Shown piece after piece: positions 13,000-25,948 of a stretch of DNA of 64,000 nt. Numbering within the stretch: the first letter of the stretch is position 1; each line of letters starts with the position of its first letter. The position numbers and the translations under genes were made by a program. The notes beneath the pieces were generated by a model. It was given only the letters and a program-made list of their open reading frames with translations. It was not told the DNA's origin and did no database searches. Source of the stretch: Gnetum montanum (lineage: Eukaryota; Plantae; Gnetophyta); NCBI GenBank assembly GCA_015680685.1, contig MNCI01001041.1, positions 122,528 to 186,527 of the forward strand. Direction: 5' to 3'.

Positions 13000-14900
13000 A
13001 CGGTAACCACCTAGGTGCTTGTCATCTTGCTAATTTGGGACTTAGAGCATACACCTTAGATTCTTGTAGATGTGACATAATAGAGAAACATCCCTTGGAA
13101 TATTCATGGTAACAAATGTTACATTCATCATCATATATTTTAGAATCTACAATCTCTTTTACTATTATAGTTTTATCCTTTCTCTGATGATAATCCTTCT
13201 TTGTATCCTTCATTTTCCTTCTTTCTTGATCACTACTCCCTTATTTTATTTTTCCCTCTGCAATTTTCAAAGTTGCTTGGAACTTCTCATCTAAGGAGTC
13301 ATACATTTTACCAACCTTGGTTGATATCTCTCTAAAAAAGTTTTGTATTAGAAAGGTCTTCTTTTGCATCACTTCATCAAGTGGTGTCTCCCCCTCTAAG
13401 TCATAGAGATGCACCTCCCATTTGTAAATGGAGGGATCCTTATTATACTGCTCTATACTTTCATGCTTTTTCGGCACATCTATTTCTTTAGCCACTTGTT
13501 CAATCAACCTTTGAATATGATGAATCTGCATCTCAGAAATTTGTACTTGGGCATATACCCTAAGGGTTTTCCTAGTCCTATTTCTAAGCCTATCTACAAT
13601 ATGGAGAAGTTGTTCCCTTTGGGAGTATCCATGGCCTAGGCATTGATGCAATAGAAAGTAGTACCTACCCAAGGCTACATCCAAGGACTCATGATTTCCC
13701 TACTTCCATCCTTGGATTTGACTCTGCAAGTTAGACTCTTTAGAGTACGTTTGATACTTTTCATTCAAGAGTTCCAACATAGTACTTCATTAGTGACTGG
13801 ATTTTGGTTTCAAGGATCATTACTAGCTTTCTACTACCTTGGTGAGTGTCCTTGGGAATAATTTGAGCTTCTGCCATACATTTTCTATATTTTGTAAGGC
13901 ACATGCATCATAAAATACTTGGAGTTGATTTTGAGTAACTAAATTATATCCACTTCAATTGGGATATTGTTCATATCCAACATTTTAATTCTACTATCTT
14001 TTTAATGCCTTGTTAGAATTCTCACTACTTTTGAAATGTTAAGCATATTTTTCATCATAGTCATGATGATCACAGTAGTCCCTTTCATGGTCATGATGCC
14101 TATGATAAATGCTACTATGCCTTCATTCACTGTGACGTTCTTCTCTCTCTTATGATTATCTTTTCCCTTGATCTTCATCCTCCTTGTGGGATCTATGTTC
14201 ATCTCAATCCCATTATTCATCTCTATCTCAGTCTTAGCTATTCCTCCATTAATCTTGGCTCATGTTCCTCCTATTAGAGTTTGATGATGAAGATGAAGAG
14301 GATGATGAGAGTGAGGAAGAAGAACTAGGGGAATGATGCCTTCTAGTTCCTATCCTTTACTCCCTACTCTGATCCTTATGCTTTTATTTATCTTTCTTTT
14401 GATCATTATCCTTGTCCTTAGATGATTGGCTAGGATTTTTTTACTTTGAGGCCTTGTGGTCATGAGACCCTATCTTTCCATCACCAAGGTTTTCCAAAGT
14501 TTACTGTTACCTTTATTTAAGGATGTCCTCATCGTAGAAAGGAGGAGAATTCATGTATTGGGATTAGCTAGAAAGAAAATCCTTGTCCTCTTCCTGCTAT
14601 TAGAAGAATAAATGTGTTAGGTTCATCTTGCCCTTAGAAGCATCATATCATGCTTCCATGTACTGATCATTTTTTTTTTTGCTAGGCATTAGTGGGCTAA
14701 TAGTCCCCATAGGTGTAGTCATGGACTTCATATTTCGAATTAAGTGTAGTGATGCCTAGCCTAATGAGATTGGCCATCAACATGATGGAAATTGATCAAT
14801 TTGATGATAACACATTGTTGCCTTTCATGTTCCTCTAGTGCATTTTTTCATCTTGATGAAGGATGAAAGTGAAACTCAAATTATAAGGATCTTGATGAGA
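13000..14900 (-). pseudogene. A2 gag with low-complexity N-terminal extension
   Basis: ORF 13241..13684 (RYYFLLHQCLGHG) is homologous to A3 gag (RYYTLLHRCPGHG), an Athila-type CPxHG motif. Confidence 0.85.
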
Positions 14901-15095
14901 TTAAACAGCCCTCAATTGTTGGGGCTTCTTTGATGTCCCTTGTTATTGATTGGGTTCTATTGTATGTGGTGGAGATTCTTCCCTATGAGAAGATGTCATA
15001 TTAGTATTAAATTCTCAATATGCCTTAATATTTTTAACAACGTCTTTATATGAATCATAGTTTAATCCTAATTAGTACACTTAGCCAAACTAGAG

Positions 15096-15113
15096 TCCCT
15101 GGTAATGGCACTA
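15096..15113 (-). promoter_or_regulatory. PBS of A2 (tRNA-Asp type, decayed)
   Basis: Minus strand TAGTGCCATTACCAGGGA adjacent to the LTR terminus at 15115. Confidence 0.7.
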
Positions 15114-15432
15114 ATGATGAGCAGTGTGTATGTCCTACGCCCAACCATATGAATCATAAGCTTGCACTAGCAATTTGGTTGAATTTCATGGATCCAGTTC
15201 CTAAGTTTCCTATAGTCTTAAGTAGTAAAACAAGGGGTTGTATGATCATTTTCTTTTGAACTCACACTTGTGCTATCAGTTAATATGGTTAAATGTGAGT
15301 TAAGGCACATGATGCATATTTTTTATAAGTATATATATAGATATATATATATATATATATCCTAATGGCTATATAAGTAAATGAAGGTTTCATGATTAAT
15401 TAGTTAACTACTTAGCTAATCTAGTGACTAAC

Positions 15433-17178
15433 TATTGGAACAACCCAAAGAAAATTTGCATTTACATATGTAGCCTAATAGCTAGAGTGTTTACATTGTA
15501 ATTTAATGGGAATTTCAAAGGTAGAAATAATTGTCTATTTTTTCATTAAAAATCCAACCTCATGGCTTTTTCTCCAACTTAGTTTAAATAATTTATGATG
15601 TACAAAGATGTAATTTGTACCTTACAAGTTGAAAGTCTCATTCAAGCTAGCATATAGAGGCCAAAAATGTAAATATGCTACTAAAATTTGGTAGAAAGAG
15701 CCAAAATGTTGGTAGATTATAAATTAGGAAAATAGCCCAAAAACACTACCAACATTGGTAGGAAAATCTCTATATGCTAAAGGTTACTAAGTTGCAAATT
15801 TAGGTGGTGTAAATGCCAATTATGCTAGCATAACAATGTCTAAAATGTCAGATACACTAGCATATATGCTAATAGGAAATTCCAATTATGTTGGAATTTT
15901 GGGCTAAAGCCCAAATCACATTGGGATTCACATGTTGTAGATTACACTTTTTAGAATCATCTAACATGATGTAGCAATCAGCCAATAATTAGCAATGCTC
16001 TAGCCTATTTAAGCCAGCATCTTGTACATCTTCAAGACTTCTTGGAATTTTTGCAAACTTAGCCCAATCCAGAGACATTCAAGGTAGTGCAAATTTTAGA
16101 AGTCCATAATCATTGTAACCAACCTACCCAATGTGAACAACCTTCATGGAGAGAACTAGTGGCAAATCAACAGAGTTTGGCATAACATTTAAGCTTTCAA
16201 ATGCAAATATATTCATGATCTACATTAAATACGCTCTTGTCTTTTACAACCTGTAATCTATATTTATAGAAAGTTATAGCTTTTGATGTAATTAGTACGC
16301 TTTGTTTATTTCTCTACTGCTTAAGTTATTTACTTTGGAAATTACCAGTTCACACACATTTTCAACACTTGGTAACAGATCTAGAAAGTTTGCAAGTGAT
16401 ATGTTGGACTGTTTGAGGTGCACTGGATCACTTTCTAAGGCCTGTTTAGATCTAAGGTTAAACTATTGTGCATTGAAATTTTTGGTTCACCAGCATGAAT
16501 TTTTTAGCCTCTACAGTTTCTAGTGTTAGAAGGAGATCCTCTACTTGAATTCTTCGTTGTAAGCCAACATATTTAATAGTGTATTTGAATTTTTTCTCCT
16601 ATTTCTCATATATACACTAGCTTAATTATAAGCACATTTACAATTTTCTATCTATTTCCAATGTTTAAGTCATCTTAATTACCAATTTTGCAGTTTTTGC
16701 CTATACATGTTGGCTCCTACGTTAACATATTTGTAGTTTGTTTGTCCATTTCTCCTTCATAAGCTAGCTTATTTGAAGCTAGCCTAATTACATAGAACAA
16801 CTTTAATGGAAAAATTTTATTTTTCTAATTACAATTACAACTTTTACGCTAAGACAATTATAGTTCTAGCTTATACACTAAGGTAATTTTAGCTTACACA
16901 CAAAGGTAGTTCTAGCTTCTATGTTGAGGTTGTTATACCTATGGAAGCTAAAAGCTCACATAAGCTGAAGCTATTTACATTGATGGTTCTTAACCTTCAT
17001 TAGAATGTTAGTAGCTTGGTCCATAGCTTACCTAATGTGTTGTCCTCATACGGTTTATGCCTCTAGCCAAGACTCTATATGTATCTATGATCCTAAGGAT
17101 CTTGCTATAGTGGAGCATAAGTAATCCCTTAGACAACTAGGATTAGACCCATCCTAAATGAACATTAATGATGAATAT
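15433..17178 (+). mobile_element. Family C LTR element fragment: LTR ~15433-16367, tRNA-iMet-like PBS 16370-16381, leader
   Basis: Termini TATTGGAA (likely TGTTGGAA)...TTCAACA followed by TGGTAACAGATC; begins where A2 LTR homology stops. No coding domain recognised. Confidence 0.5.
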
Positions 17179-17245
17179 TGATGAGTGGTGAGGTACCCCT
17201 ACACTCAACTATATGAAACGAGCGTAGCACGCACGATCTGATCAA
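17179..17245 (-). repeat. Terminal fragment of a family A LTR
   Basis: TGATGAGTGGTGAGGTACCCCTACACTCAAC... matches the reverse complement of 44350-44414. Confidence 0.8.
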
Positions 17246-17976
17246 AAAACCCAAACGATGTCAACGTCAACATGTCAGAAGATCCAGATTTCCTAGATTT
17301 ACTAGAAGAAAGTGGCAAAAATCCTTCAAGCCAAGTCTTAAAAGGTTCTTTGTTAAATGCCAAAAATGATCGTTTTCCAGAAAGAAGGTCACTTTTTATT
17401 CTTGTAGAAATCAAGGTCATTATGCTCATGAATGTCCTAAAAGAAAAGGTGATCAACGAATCAAGGCATTCTTCAAACATTATTTAGAAGACTGGGAACT
17501 AGTGCAAGAGCTAGAAGCTGAAGCATCCACTGAAAAGATATATGCTATTCAATTGCTCTCTGATTTCGAACTAAGTGAAGCGTTTGAAGCAAGTAGTGTT
17601 GACACAGTCAATGAAATTTCAAGTGAAAATGAAGGTGAAAATCCAAGAAGTAATATGATGCAACCAGCACAACTAGAAGATGAATGGTTTACAAACATCA
17701 CATTGGATGATTTAGCAGAAGTTCAGACGTGGTTAAATGAAGAAGAAAAGTGGTCAACCTCAGACTATGAAGACTCACAGTGGAAAACTAAAGCTACATT
17801 TTTTGATCAAGATTCTAGCATTTCCTCTACCTTGGGATTTAAAGAAATACTCCCTCGAGCTAATTTTGAGAACAACTCAGATGAAGAGATTCCAACTAAG
17901 GTAACACAGAAGGTGCCCAAATTCTTAATCACTCCATATGAAAAGAGATTTCCAGTTGCCACCGAATTAACACAAG

Positions 17977-19685
17977 TGAAACACCACTAATTTCGACCTA
18001 ACACTTTGAAATGAAAACAACTCAAAGCCTTTGAGCTTTCGAGAGACAAAAATTTGGCGAAGGCATGGAACTCATGCTGGGCTTGTCAAGCTAGGCTTGC
18101 CCTTAGCATGAGTAACTCCAACGACCTCAAAATCAAGTCAGAGACGGTCCAATATGAAGGTGCAAATCATCTTCATAGGGCCACTGTTGTCCACTTCAAG
18201 TTTTAGCATTTGAGAGTTTAGATTTTAGGCCAGATTGCATAAATTTTCCTAGGTCATGTTGAGGTCACGTTGGCAGCGTGAGTGCAGATCACGCCCAGCA
18301 TGAGCAACTCTAAGAGCCTTAAAATTGAGTCAAAATGTTTTGACTTCCAAAATGCAAGTCATCCTCAAGGTCCATTGATGACTACTTCAAGTCCCAGCCT
18401 CCAGAATTCCAAACTTCACGTCCAAAATCACAAATATTTTGTCACTTACATTGAACTCACGCTGAGGTCACACTGACAGTGTGAGTCCAGCATGAGCTAC
18501 CAAAAGTGGCTCAAATCAAGGCACACCCAAGCTCATTTTTCAACATGAAGCTCACTCTCAAGGTCAACCACAGTCAGAAAATTATTGCACTCAGAGAATA
18601 GGCTTCAAAGATCAAAAATTGGTGTGAAATGTGTCATTTTCATCAGGTCATGTTGAGGTCACGTTGAGATCACACTGGCAGCGTGAGTACAACGTGAGTA
18701 CTAATCATGCCCATTCAAAAGCATGCCAAACAAACATTGAGGGCATGCCAAGATAAAATAAACTCATGTTGGAAGCTTTGGTGAAATAGAAATACCTCAA
18801 ACAGCCACGAAACCACTCACATCGGCACCCTACAACAATCAATTCATGAATCGAGAAGTTCCAAGCAAGCCAAAGTTAATTTCTCTTGTTATACACTATC
18901 ATTTTCATTGTAAATTTTCACCATTTGTGAGCTTGTCAAGCTCTGACGCTCCAAATTGTGTCTGCTTCTATGGGTGTAAGTTAGCTTGCATAAGCCAATA
19001 CACATTGTAAGACACAGTGCATCCGGTCAAGAATGTAGCCTGCCTATTCAAGTCCAATTCACATGTAGCTATCCATCAAACACCTGTCACACAATCTGTT
19101 TTCCTTTCATATCTTAACCATTGATTCCATCCATGAATTCTGCACTCGAGCCTAGCCAAACCTTATAAATACCTCGTCCATTCACATAAATAGGGCTGGC
19201 AATTTTGAAGGTTGATGGCTTTGGGAGTATTGACCAGAAACTTTGAATGCTCGGGCCCACATGACTCCTAGCATCCAAGCACCTGAACACATCACCTCGG
19301 GGCTTAGCGTTTAACTTGTCATCTACACACACAACTATGCTTTGACCAGTGCACATCTTTTTTAAGCAACACAATACAATTCATTATTACCTTCCATTAC
19401 ATTACTTGCTCTATTTTTTATCTATTTTATGCTTCTGTATACACCATCACAGTTACACTTTTTTTACATTTTGTATATCACCAGTTACGATAACCCCAGT
19501 GCAAGCCATAACTTGCTCTCGGGGAAGTCCTTGGTTGATTTGTGTGCAGACCATCCAAGGCACTCTGCCTTCATTTTTCTCTTCTAGCTTGCCCTCACAT
19601 GAAGGCAAGGTTGGATGTGTCTCTCTGGCGATCTTTCGGCATTTGTTTCCCTTCCAGCCTCACATCGACAATTTCGGTCAACACA
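17977..19685 (+). mobile_element. Solo LTR of family B inserted in EVE-1
   Basis: TG...CA ends, ACAAG target-site duplication (17972-17976 / 19686-19690), aligns with LTR 30472-32078. Confidence 0.92.
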
Positions 19686-19799
19686 ACAAGGTGAAGTCTT
19701 CAAATAACCAAAGGTATATCCCACACTTACCATCAAATTAGGCATTTTCTTTCTTTACACAACATTCTATTAATTCCAATCAATCTTGTAGTAGATGGA

Positions 19800-22312
19800 A
19801 AAGAAAAATGGAAAAAGTATCAAGCTTTCATTGATATGGATGCCACATTAAATTTTTGTCATAAGGATGTCTTAGAAACATGGGTTATGCACAAGCTAGT
19901 CACTTTGAACACTATGAATGGAGTAAGGAAGCTCACTCATTTTTCTTTCAATGTGCCAATTTCTTTGAATGATGAATATGTTGGAACTACAAATTTTGTT
20001 CAGATTTCAGACAGTTGTTTTGATATTGGATTAGGTGCACATTTTATGGATAGTTTGGGTCCTTATATAGTAGGTCAAGAGATGATTGTGTGTACATCAC
20101 CCAAATAAGATGCAAGGCCAAAGATCATCCTGAGCAAAATTTCAGCACAGCTTCAATGCAACAAACATGAGCAAATCAGATAAGTATTCAATAGGGATAA
20201 TCCTTCTCTCAAACAAGTTCTTACACAGTATGAGCTCAAAGATCTTGCCAAACAGAAATATGCTCGTATTTAGCAATTGAAGAAAGCACAGATAGATGTG
20301 AATGATGAAGACAATAGATTGATTGGTCAGTGTTTGGAAGCATTGCAGAAGTGTTTTTGCAAACATCCATTAGATTTTTGGGATAGAAATAGTCCAAAGG
20401 CACACATTCCCACAGTTCATAATATTCCAGTGTAATCCAAGCTGATAGTCCTCAATCAACAAGATGCAATAGAAATGACAAAGAAAGTTTCAGAATTCTT
20501 AGCAAAAGGATTGATTCAACCATCACAATCCAATTATGCATGTGCCAATTTCATTGCTCGAAATCATGCAGAAGTTAAAAGAGGCAAAGTGCGCATGTTC
20601 ATCAATTATATTCCTTTGAATGCCATGACTATAGAAGTTAAATGGCTGCTCCCAAATAAAGAAACTTTAATCCAAAAAGTTGCAGCAAAGAAAGTGTTTA
20701 GCAAATTTAATTACAAATTTGGATATCATTAGATTAAGATTCAAGAAGAAGACATTCACAAAATAGCATTCAGCACACCACAAGGATTATTTGAATGGAA
20801 TTTTATGCCATTTGGTTTAAAGAATGCACCAGCTCAATTTTTTTTAAAAATGGATTCAATCTTTGGAAAACATCAAGAGTTTGTGGCAAATTATATTGAC
20901 GATTTTTTGATTTTTTTCTTAAACTTCCAAGGAACATGCCAACCATCTTTCAATCTTTGACGAATTATGTGCCAAGCATGGAATAGGTCTTTCAACAGAT
21001 CCAAAGAAGTTTCAAGTCGGATGCAGAGAAATTGAATTCCTAGGCATAACCATAAAAAATGGTAAGATCTTTATGTAGCCACATGTTCTTCAAAAATTTG
21101 AGCAATTTCTATATCAACTGGAAAACAAGGATCAATGCCTCATATTTCTTGGCTATGTAAATTATGTGTCCAAACACATAGAAAATTTTTTTGATAAAAC
21201 CACATAAATCAACAAGTGTAATAATCAAACACCTTTTCAATAGATAGCAGCAGCAACAAAACAAATGCAGCAGCTCAAAATTGAATGCAAGAATCTGCCA
21301 CCTTTAAGTCCAATTCTTCAAGGACCATTTATACTCAACATCGATGCCATCTATGATGCATGGGCAGCTGTTCTTCTACGCACTAGCAATACTCGAGAAT
21401 CTGTGCTTATGCTTCAGGCATCTTTCACAAAAATGAATTGAACTACTGGCCTATAGAAAAGGAAATTTTGGCAGCAATAAGAGGTTTCGAGAAGTTTCAT
21501 ATTCATTTAATTTCTAAGATTTTCATTTTGAGAACAGATTCATCCAATCTAGCAACCCTTCTCAAACAAAGAATCAAGCCTTCACCAAAGTTGCAGTGAT
21601 TCGCTTGGTGGCAATTTCTCTTGGTGCAATATCAGTTTTTAATTGAACGTATTCCAAGTTAAGTCAACAGCCTCCCAGATGCTTTAACTAGGGAACTGAA
21701 GCCTAAGATACTAATGTTGCAGCCAGAATCTAGTAGCAGTTCGCAAAATCCCTTACAAGATGCAAAAGAATGGAAAGCATGGCCTCTCCACAGCCTAGAA
21801 GATCATGTAAAATGGTGTCACCAAATTACAATCATGTTTCCATAGGAGTCCTCCATGAGCATCACGAAGCAGTATCCAATGCTAGGTTTCTTCATCAACA
21901 TAGCAGGAAGAATCGATTGCTTCATCAACAATCTAAGATGGAGTCCCTTAGAAGCAAAGCTTTTGCAACATCTAGGATTATTGGAAGTAATGGACAATTT
22001 GCTCTTAACCAGACATCCTCTTGTTGCTAATGAAATGCTCACAGATACTTCACAGAGTTACTTTAGTCACATGCTTGGGAAGACAAGTTGTGCTCATCCT
22101 TCCAGCGGATCAATCTGTACCAAGAGTTGACGTGGTACAAAAATGAAAGGATAATGTCAAAGGTGGTTCAGCAATATGAGCCAGAAGATGTGTCTTCCAC
22201 TCCAGCTGGCATCCTCACAGAACTATCCAAACTAATCAAAGAATGTTATAATTGTATAAAGGCACGTGGTAAGATTTGTGTGGTTCACCGAGCCATCCTG
22301 AAAGCTATCTAG
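19800..22312 (+). pseudogene. EVE-1 AP-RT-RH plus in-frame C-terminal extension of unknown function
   Basis: ORFs 19836..20108, 20475..20732, 21855..22130 and 22088..22312; multiple stops and frameshifts. Confidence 0.8.
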
Positions 22313-22969
22313 GCATGGCTTGTACGCCTTGTTCTTGTAGATAAGGATCTGAGACATTGGCGTGGCTTGTACGCCAAGGTAAACCTCTCTTATCTTGAAT
22401 GAATAAGATCAAGGTAAATAAAACGTCTCAAGTAAGCCTTAGATCTTCCAAGTCCTATAAATAGGTGGAGTCAATGTGGTGTGAGTAAGAAAGTAAGAGA
22501 GAAAGAGAGGAAGAAAGAGGAAGCAAGTTCTACTTGTAATGTCTCTTTGGATTTGATACCAATGGAAGTTCTATTGATTGTTGGTGTAATATTCAATCTG
22601 ATCATGATATTTCTAGGCTTATATCTCATGCATTGTGCCTAACTTTTGCTTGAACTTTGCTTTGTGTTCTTCCACACTGTCTCTTGATTAGGTGTCATTC
22701 TCCTGCATAATCGGTAGACACCCTGTTGATTCTACCCGAGCCTACTAAGCTTGGTTGGAAGGATACCTTCATTGTGAAGTGCTAAAGAGAGAGTGTGTTG
22801 TTGGAAGTTCAGGTCTGAGAGAACGTTGTGCGATGCAGTCAGCTGAAGAGTCTATAGGATCATGCCAAGTCGACGTGTGGTGGAGATTTGATTGTTCGCG
22901 AGAATTTCATTCTAAGCTTCAGAAAGTGCTTGAAGCCATGGAGCAGTGTAGAGAGGAGGCAACCCAAAA

Positions 22970-22981
22970 TGGTATCAGAGC
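22970..22981 (+). promoter_or_regulatory. tRNA-iMet PBS of EVE-1
   Basis: Exact TGGTATCAGAGC about 510 nt downstream of TATAAATA. Confidence 0.85.
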
Positions 22982-25948
22982 CCAGTTATCTAAAAATCAA
23001 CAAGAAATTGGTGAGTCTTCTAATGTAGCAGTCTATAGTTGTGATGATTGTGGGCATGTGTGGCCAGAATGGTGTTTTAATTGTGATGATTATTGGGAAA
23101 ATCCTAAGTGGAAAGCTGAGAGATGGTAGGTAGATAATCTTTTCCTTTTAGCAAAAACTTTGTTTGAATATAAAGAGAAAATGAATACTATTTAGGAACA
23201 CTATATTGGGAAAAAATAGCCAAACCTATTGAAGAAAGACTTGGTGTTATGTCTGAATATTACTAGTCAATGGAAAAGTGTCATATGTCTACTCCGAATG
23301 TTATGACTAAAGAAATTAATGTGAAATATGAGTTAAAGTGAGTAGCCTCGTGTCCTCAATTGTGCCAAACTGAATTATATGGTCCTCTAGCTTCTTCAAA
23401 GTCCTATCTCGTAATTTTCGAGATTGAAGAAATTTTTGATGATGAACTACCTGATGCTTTTGATCATCCCATGATTCCTGATCTTAATGAGTTTCCTCTA
23501 GAATTAGGAAAACCTCCTCAAGTGTTATCTCATAATAAGTATGGAGATCAGTATGTTTACCCTCTAATGCCTATTGGTGATTTGTATGATGATGAAAGCC
23601 CTAGTCCATTTAAAGAAGAAGATCGACGCCTTCTTCAGGAAGTAGCTAAAGGAAAGAAGCGTGTTTATGATGAGCATGTTGCAGTGGTTTATGATGAAGC
23701 TACAGAAGCACAGGTACAAGAAGAAGAAGATAGAAATTTTTGTTTACAAGTTTTTAATATGTTAGTTCAAACTGCAATAGAAGATGAAGATGCCTTTTTA
23801 GTGGACAATAATGATAGTCATATAGATGATGATGAGCTCTTTGGGCCAAATCCTTTGCAACAAAATCCTAGAATTTTAATGCTACGGTCTAGCAGTGTTA
23901 GTCTGGAAAATGATGAAAAAGGAAAAGCAGTAGTGCAAGGTGAAATGTCGACTAATCAGCAAGCTATTTTCAGTTCTCTGAAGAATTATTTAAAAAGAAA
24001 TATATATCTTTGGATATATGTATATTACAATCACTTTGAAGTTCGAACACCCCCTCCATTTTTATATTCTTTTACTTTTGCTTATTTTTATTTTATAATC
24101 AACATTAATAACCCTTATTTCTCTTAAGCTAGATAGGCTATAAGGATGGTGGTGGCCCTAGTACTTTATTAATTTTCAAATTTATATCTACTAAGTTACC
24201 AAATAACTACACTTTACACTTCAAACAAATCATACTTATTCTGCCCATATTAATGAACATTGAAATAATACATGAACATAAATCTAAACAATCTCAAACT
24301 TTATTACTAATTATGAATTGTGTCAAGAACAATCCGCTCAAGTAAAGAGGCTATACAACTATAATTCACCACACTATGAACATTCACAACTAAGTTAAAG
24401 AAAACAAACTATAAAAATTTCATTAAGGGTTAGCAAAAAAACATCTCCCTTGACACAACATTGGATTTGTATTTATAGGCATGACCATGGGCCACTACAT
24501 CATGTATTGAACAATATCATAGATACGATATTGTAATTGTTGACATGAAATGTTTTATCAATAAGGATCATCACCCAAAAGCTCAATGCTCATCTCACCA
24601 AGGCAAAGTCCTAAGAAGGCAATGGATAAACAAACACCTAACCTCGTTAAATTGGCTACACTCAAGCTTAAACATAGATCTTATAACCAAGTTGACCATA
24701 AAAATAATAACATCAATAACTTTTCATAGGATCATCACCCAAAGCCTCAATGCTCATTTGACTAGAGAAGGTCCTAGAAAAGTCAATTGATATACAAAAG
24801 CTAAATTTTTAAAGTAAATATTATAATTAGAACAAAAAACCTAGCTCATCCTTCACTAACTATGTAACTCATGACAATGCAACCATCCCACATCCTTCAT
24901 AAAGCACTTACCTTAATTATGTATAAATTGAAATGATCCAAATGGAATATTTTACTTAGGTATATTTTCTTTTTTCTTCTTACCCACTATATTAGCATAA
25001 AGCTTTTGGAACATAGTAAATAAAAGCACTCTTCTACAATATTTCTCTTCAATTTTGTATTTTATATGCAATGTTACTTGCATTTCTTCATTGAATAAGC
25101 TCAACATATTATGGTGCTCAAATCCAATAAATTTTAAATGAGCTCATCTTCATACAATAATATGAAATCTCATCTTAAGCTAGGTCATCAATTAAGAATT
25201 TATTCCTACACATTATCAACATCTTTACATTGAACCATGGCATAAAGTAAACATCATTTTTTATTTAATTTCCTATACTTTTCTTCTTGATTTTCTACAT
25301 CATCATCTTAATTCCCTCATATTGATTTGATTTCATTCAAAAACCTAAGAATTTATTTATCAGATATTACTCTTAGAATAATTTTCTCAATTCCTTCTAC
25401 CTAATTTTTGTTGTGAAACTAAAATTTTATTTCATTAAAAAACCCCTTTAAATACAAGATGTTTTTATAAAAATACAAAATTGATAACTGTTTAGATCCA
25501 AGTAAAGATATTAAAATTCATAATCCAATACTAGTCCATCTAATTTCACTGATTCCACCTAGCTTCTTAGCTAGTCATCCGTTTGGCAAGGACACCTACC
25601 AATACAAGGAAGTTCACATAACTCTCAACCAAACAATAGGGAAAACTACAAATAACAAGTTTGAGTGTCCCACTATCACCTATGATAGCTAACACCCCAC
25701 ATGGAAATCAATGTTTTAACACCTCCAACTACTACCCCACATGAAGAGTGCAAAACCATATAATAAAACACATTTTAATGACAAATGCAAGAAGTTTCAA
25801 CCCATATGTGGCAAAGGATGCTTACGCAAATGCACAAGTTAAAATCACACGCACACACAAATTCACAATGCTAGTGTCTACATAATAACACCATGGGAGG
25901 ACACTAGCTTAAAGGTGTTAAACACCCTCCTGAAACACCACTAATTTC

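Larger units (their letters stand above)
2892..15432 (-). mobile_element. Athila-like Ty3/gypsy element A2, near complete but decayed (gag-AP-RT-RH-INT plus extra 3' ORF); 5' LTR interrupted at 15432
   Basis: LTR pair 2892-3772 and 15115-15432 align (shared TA microsatellite and CTAGTGACTAAC). PBS 15096-15113, PPT 3773-3785, domain order AP-RT-RH-INT. Confidence 0.9.
17246..23975 (+). mobile_element. Endogenous caulimovirid EVE-1 (type V3), circularly permuted partial genome: CP C-terminus, AP, RT, RH, post-RH extension, intergenic region, PBS, acidic ORF
   Basis: Basic tract plus knuckle (F)YSCRNQGHYAHECP 17394-17435; AP AFIDMDAT ~19824-19850; RT NHAEVKRGKVRMFINY and NYIDD ~20890; RH ending LPDALTRE ~21696; no integrase; TATAAATA 22456-22463; TGGTATCAGAGC 22970-22981. 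Right end approximate. Confidence 0.85.

Noticed and set aside
17174-17185. Same AATAT flank as the A3 right end, suggesting a rearranged piece of A3
   Set aside because: Only 5 AT-rich bases match, the LTR sequences differ at several sites, and A3 has both ends.
22313-22969. EVE-1 intergenic region as an LTR
   Set aside because: No second copy, no clear PPT or inverted termini, no integrase, and the RT is caulimovirid-like.
15433-23975. A single chimeric LTR element carrying caulimovirid genes
   Set aside because: A family A LTR fragment separates the family C leader from EVE-1, and no matching 3' LTR is present.
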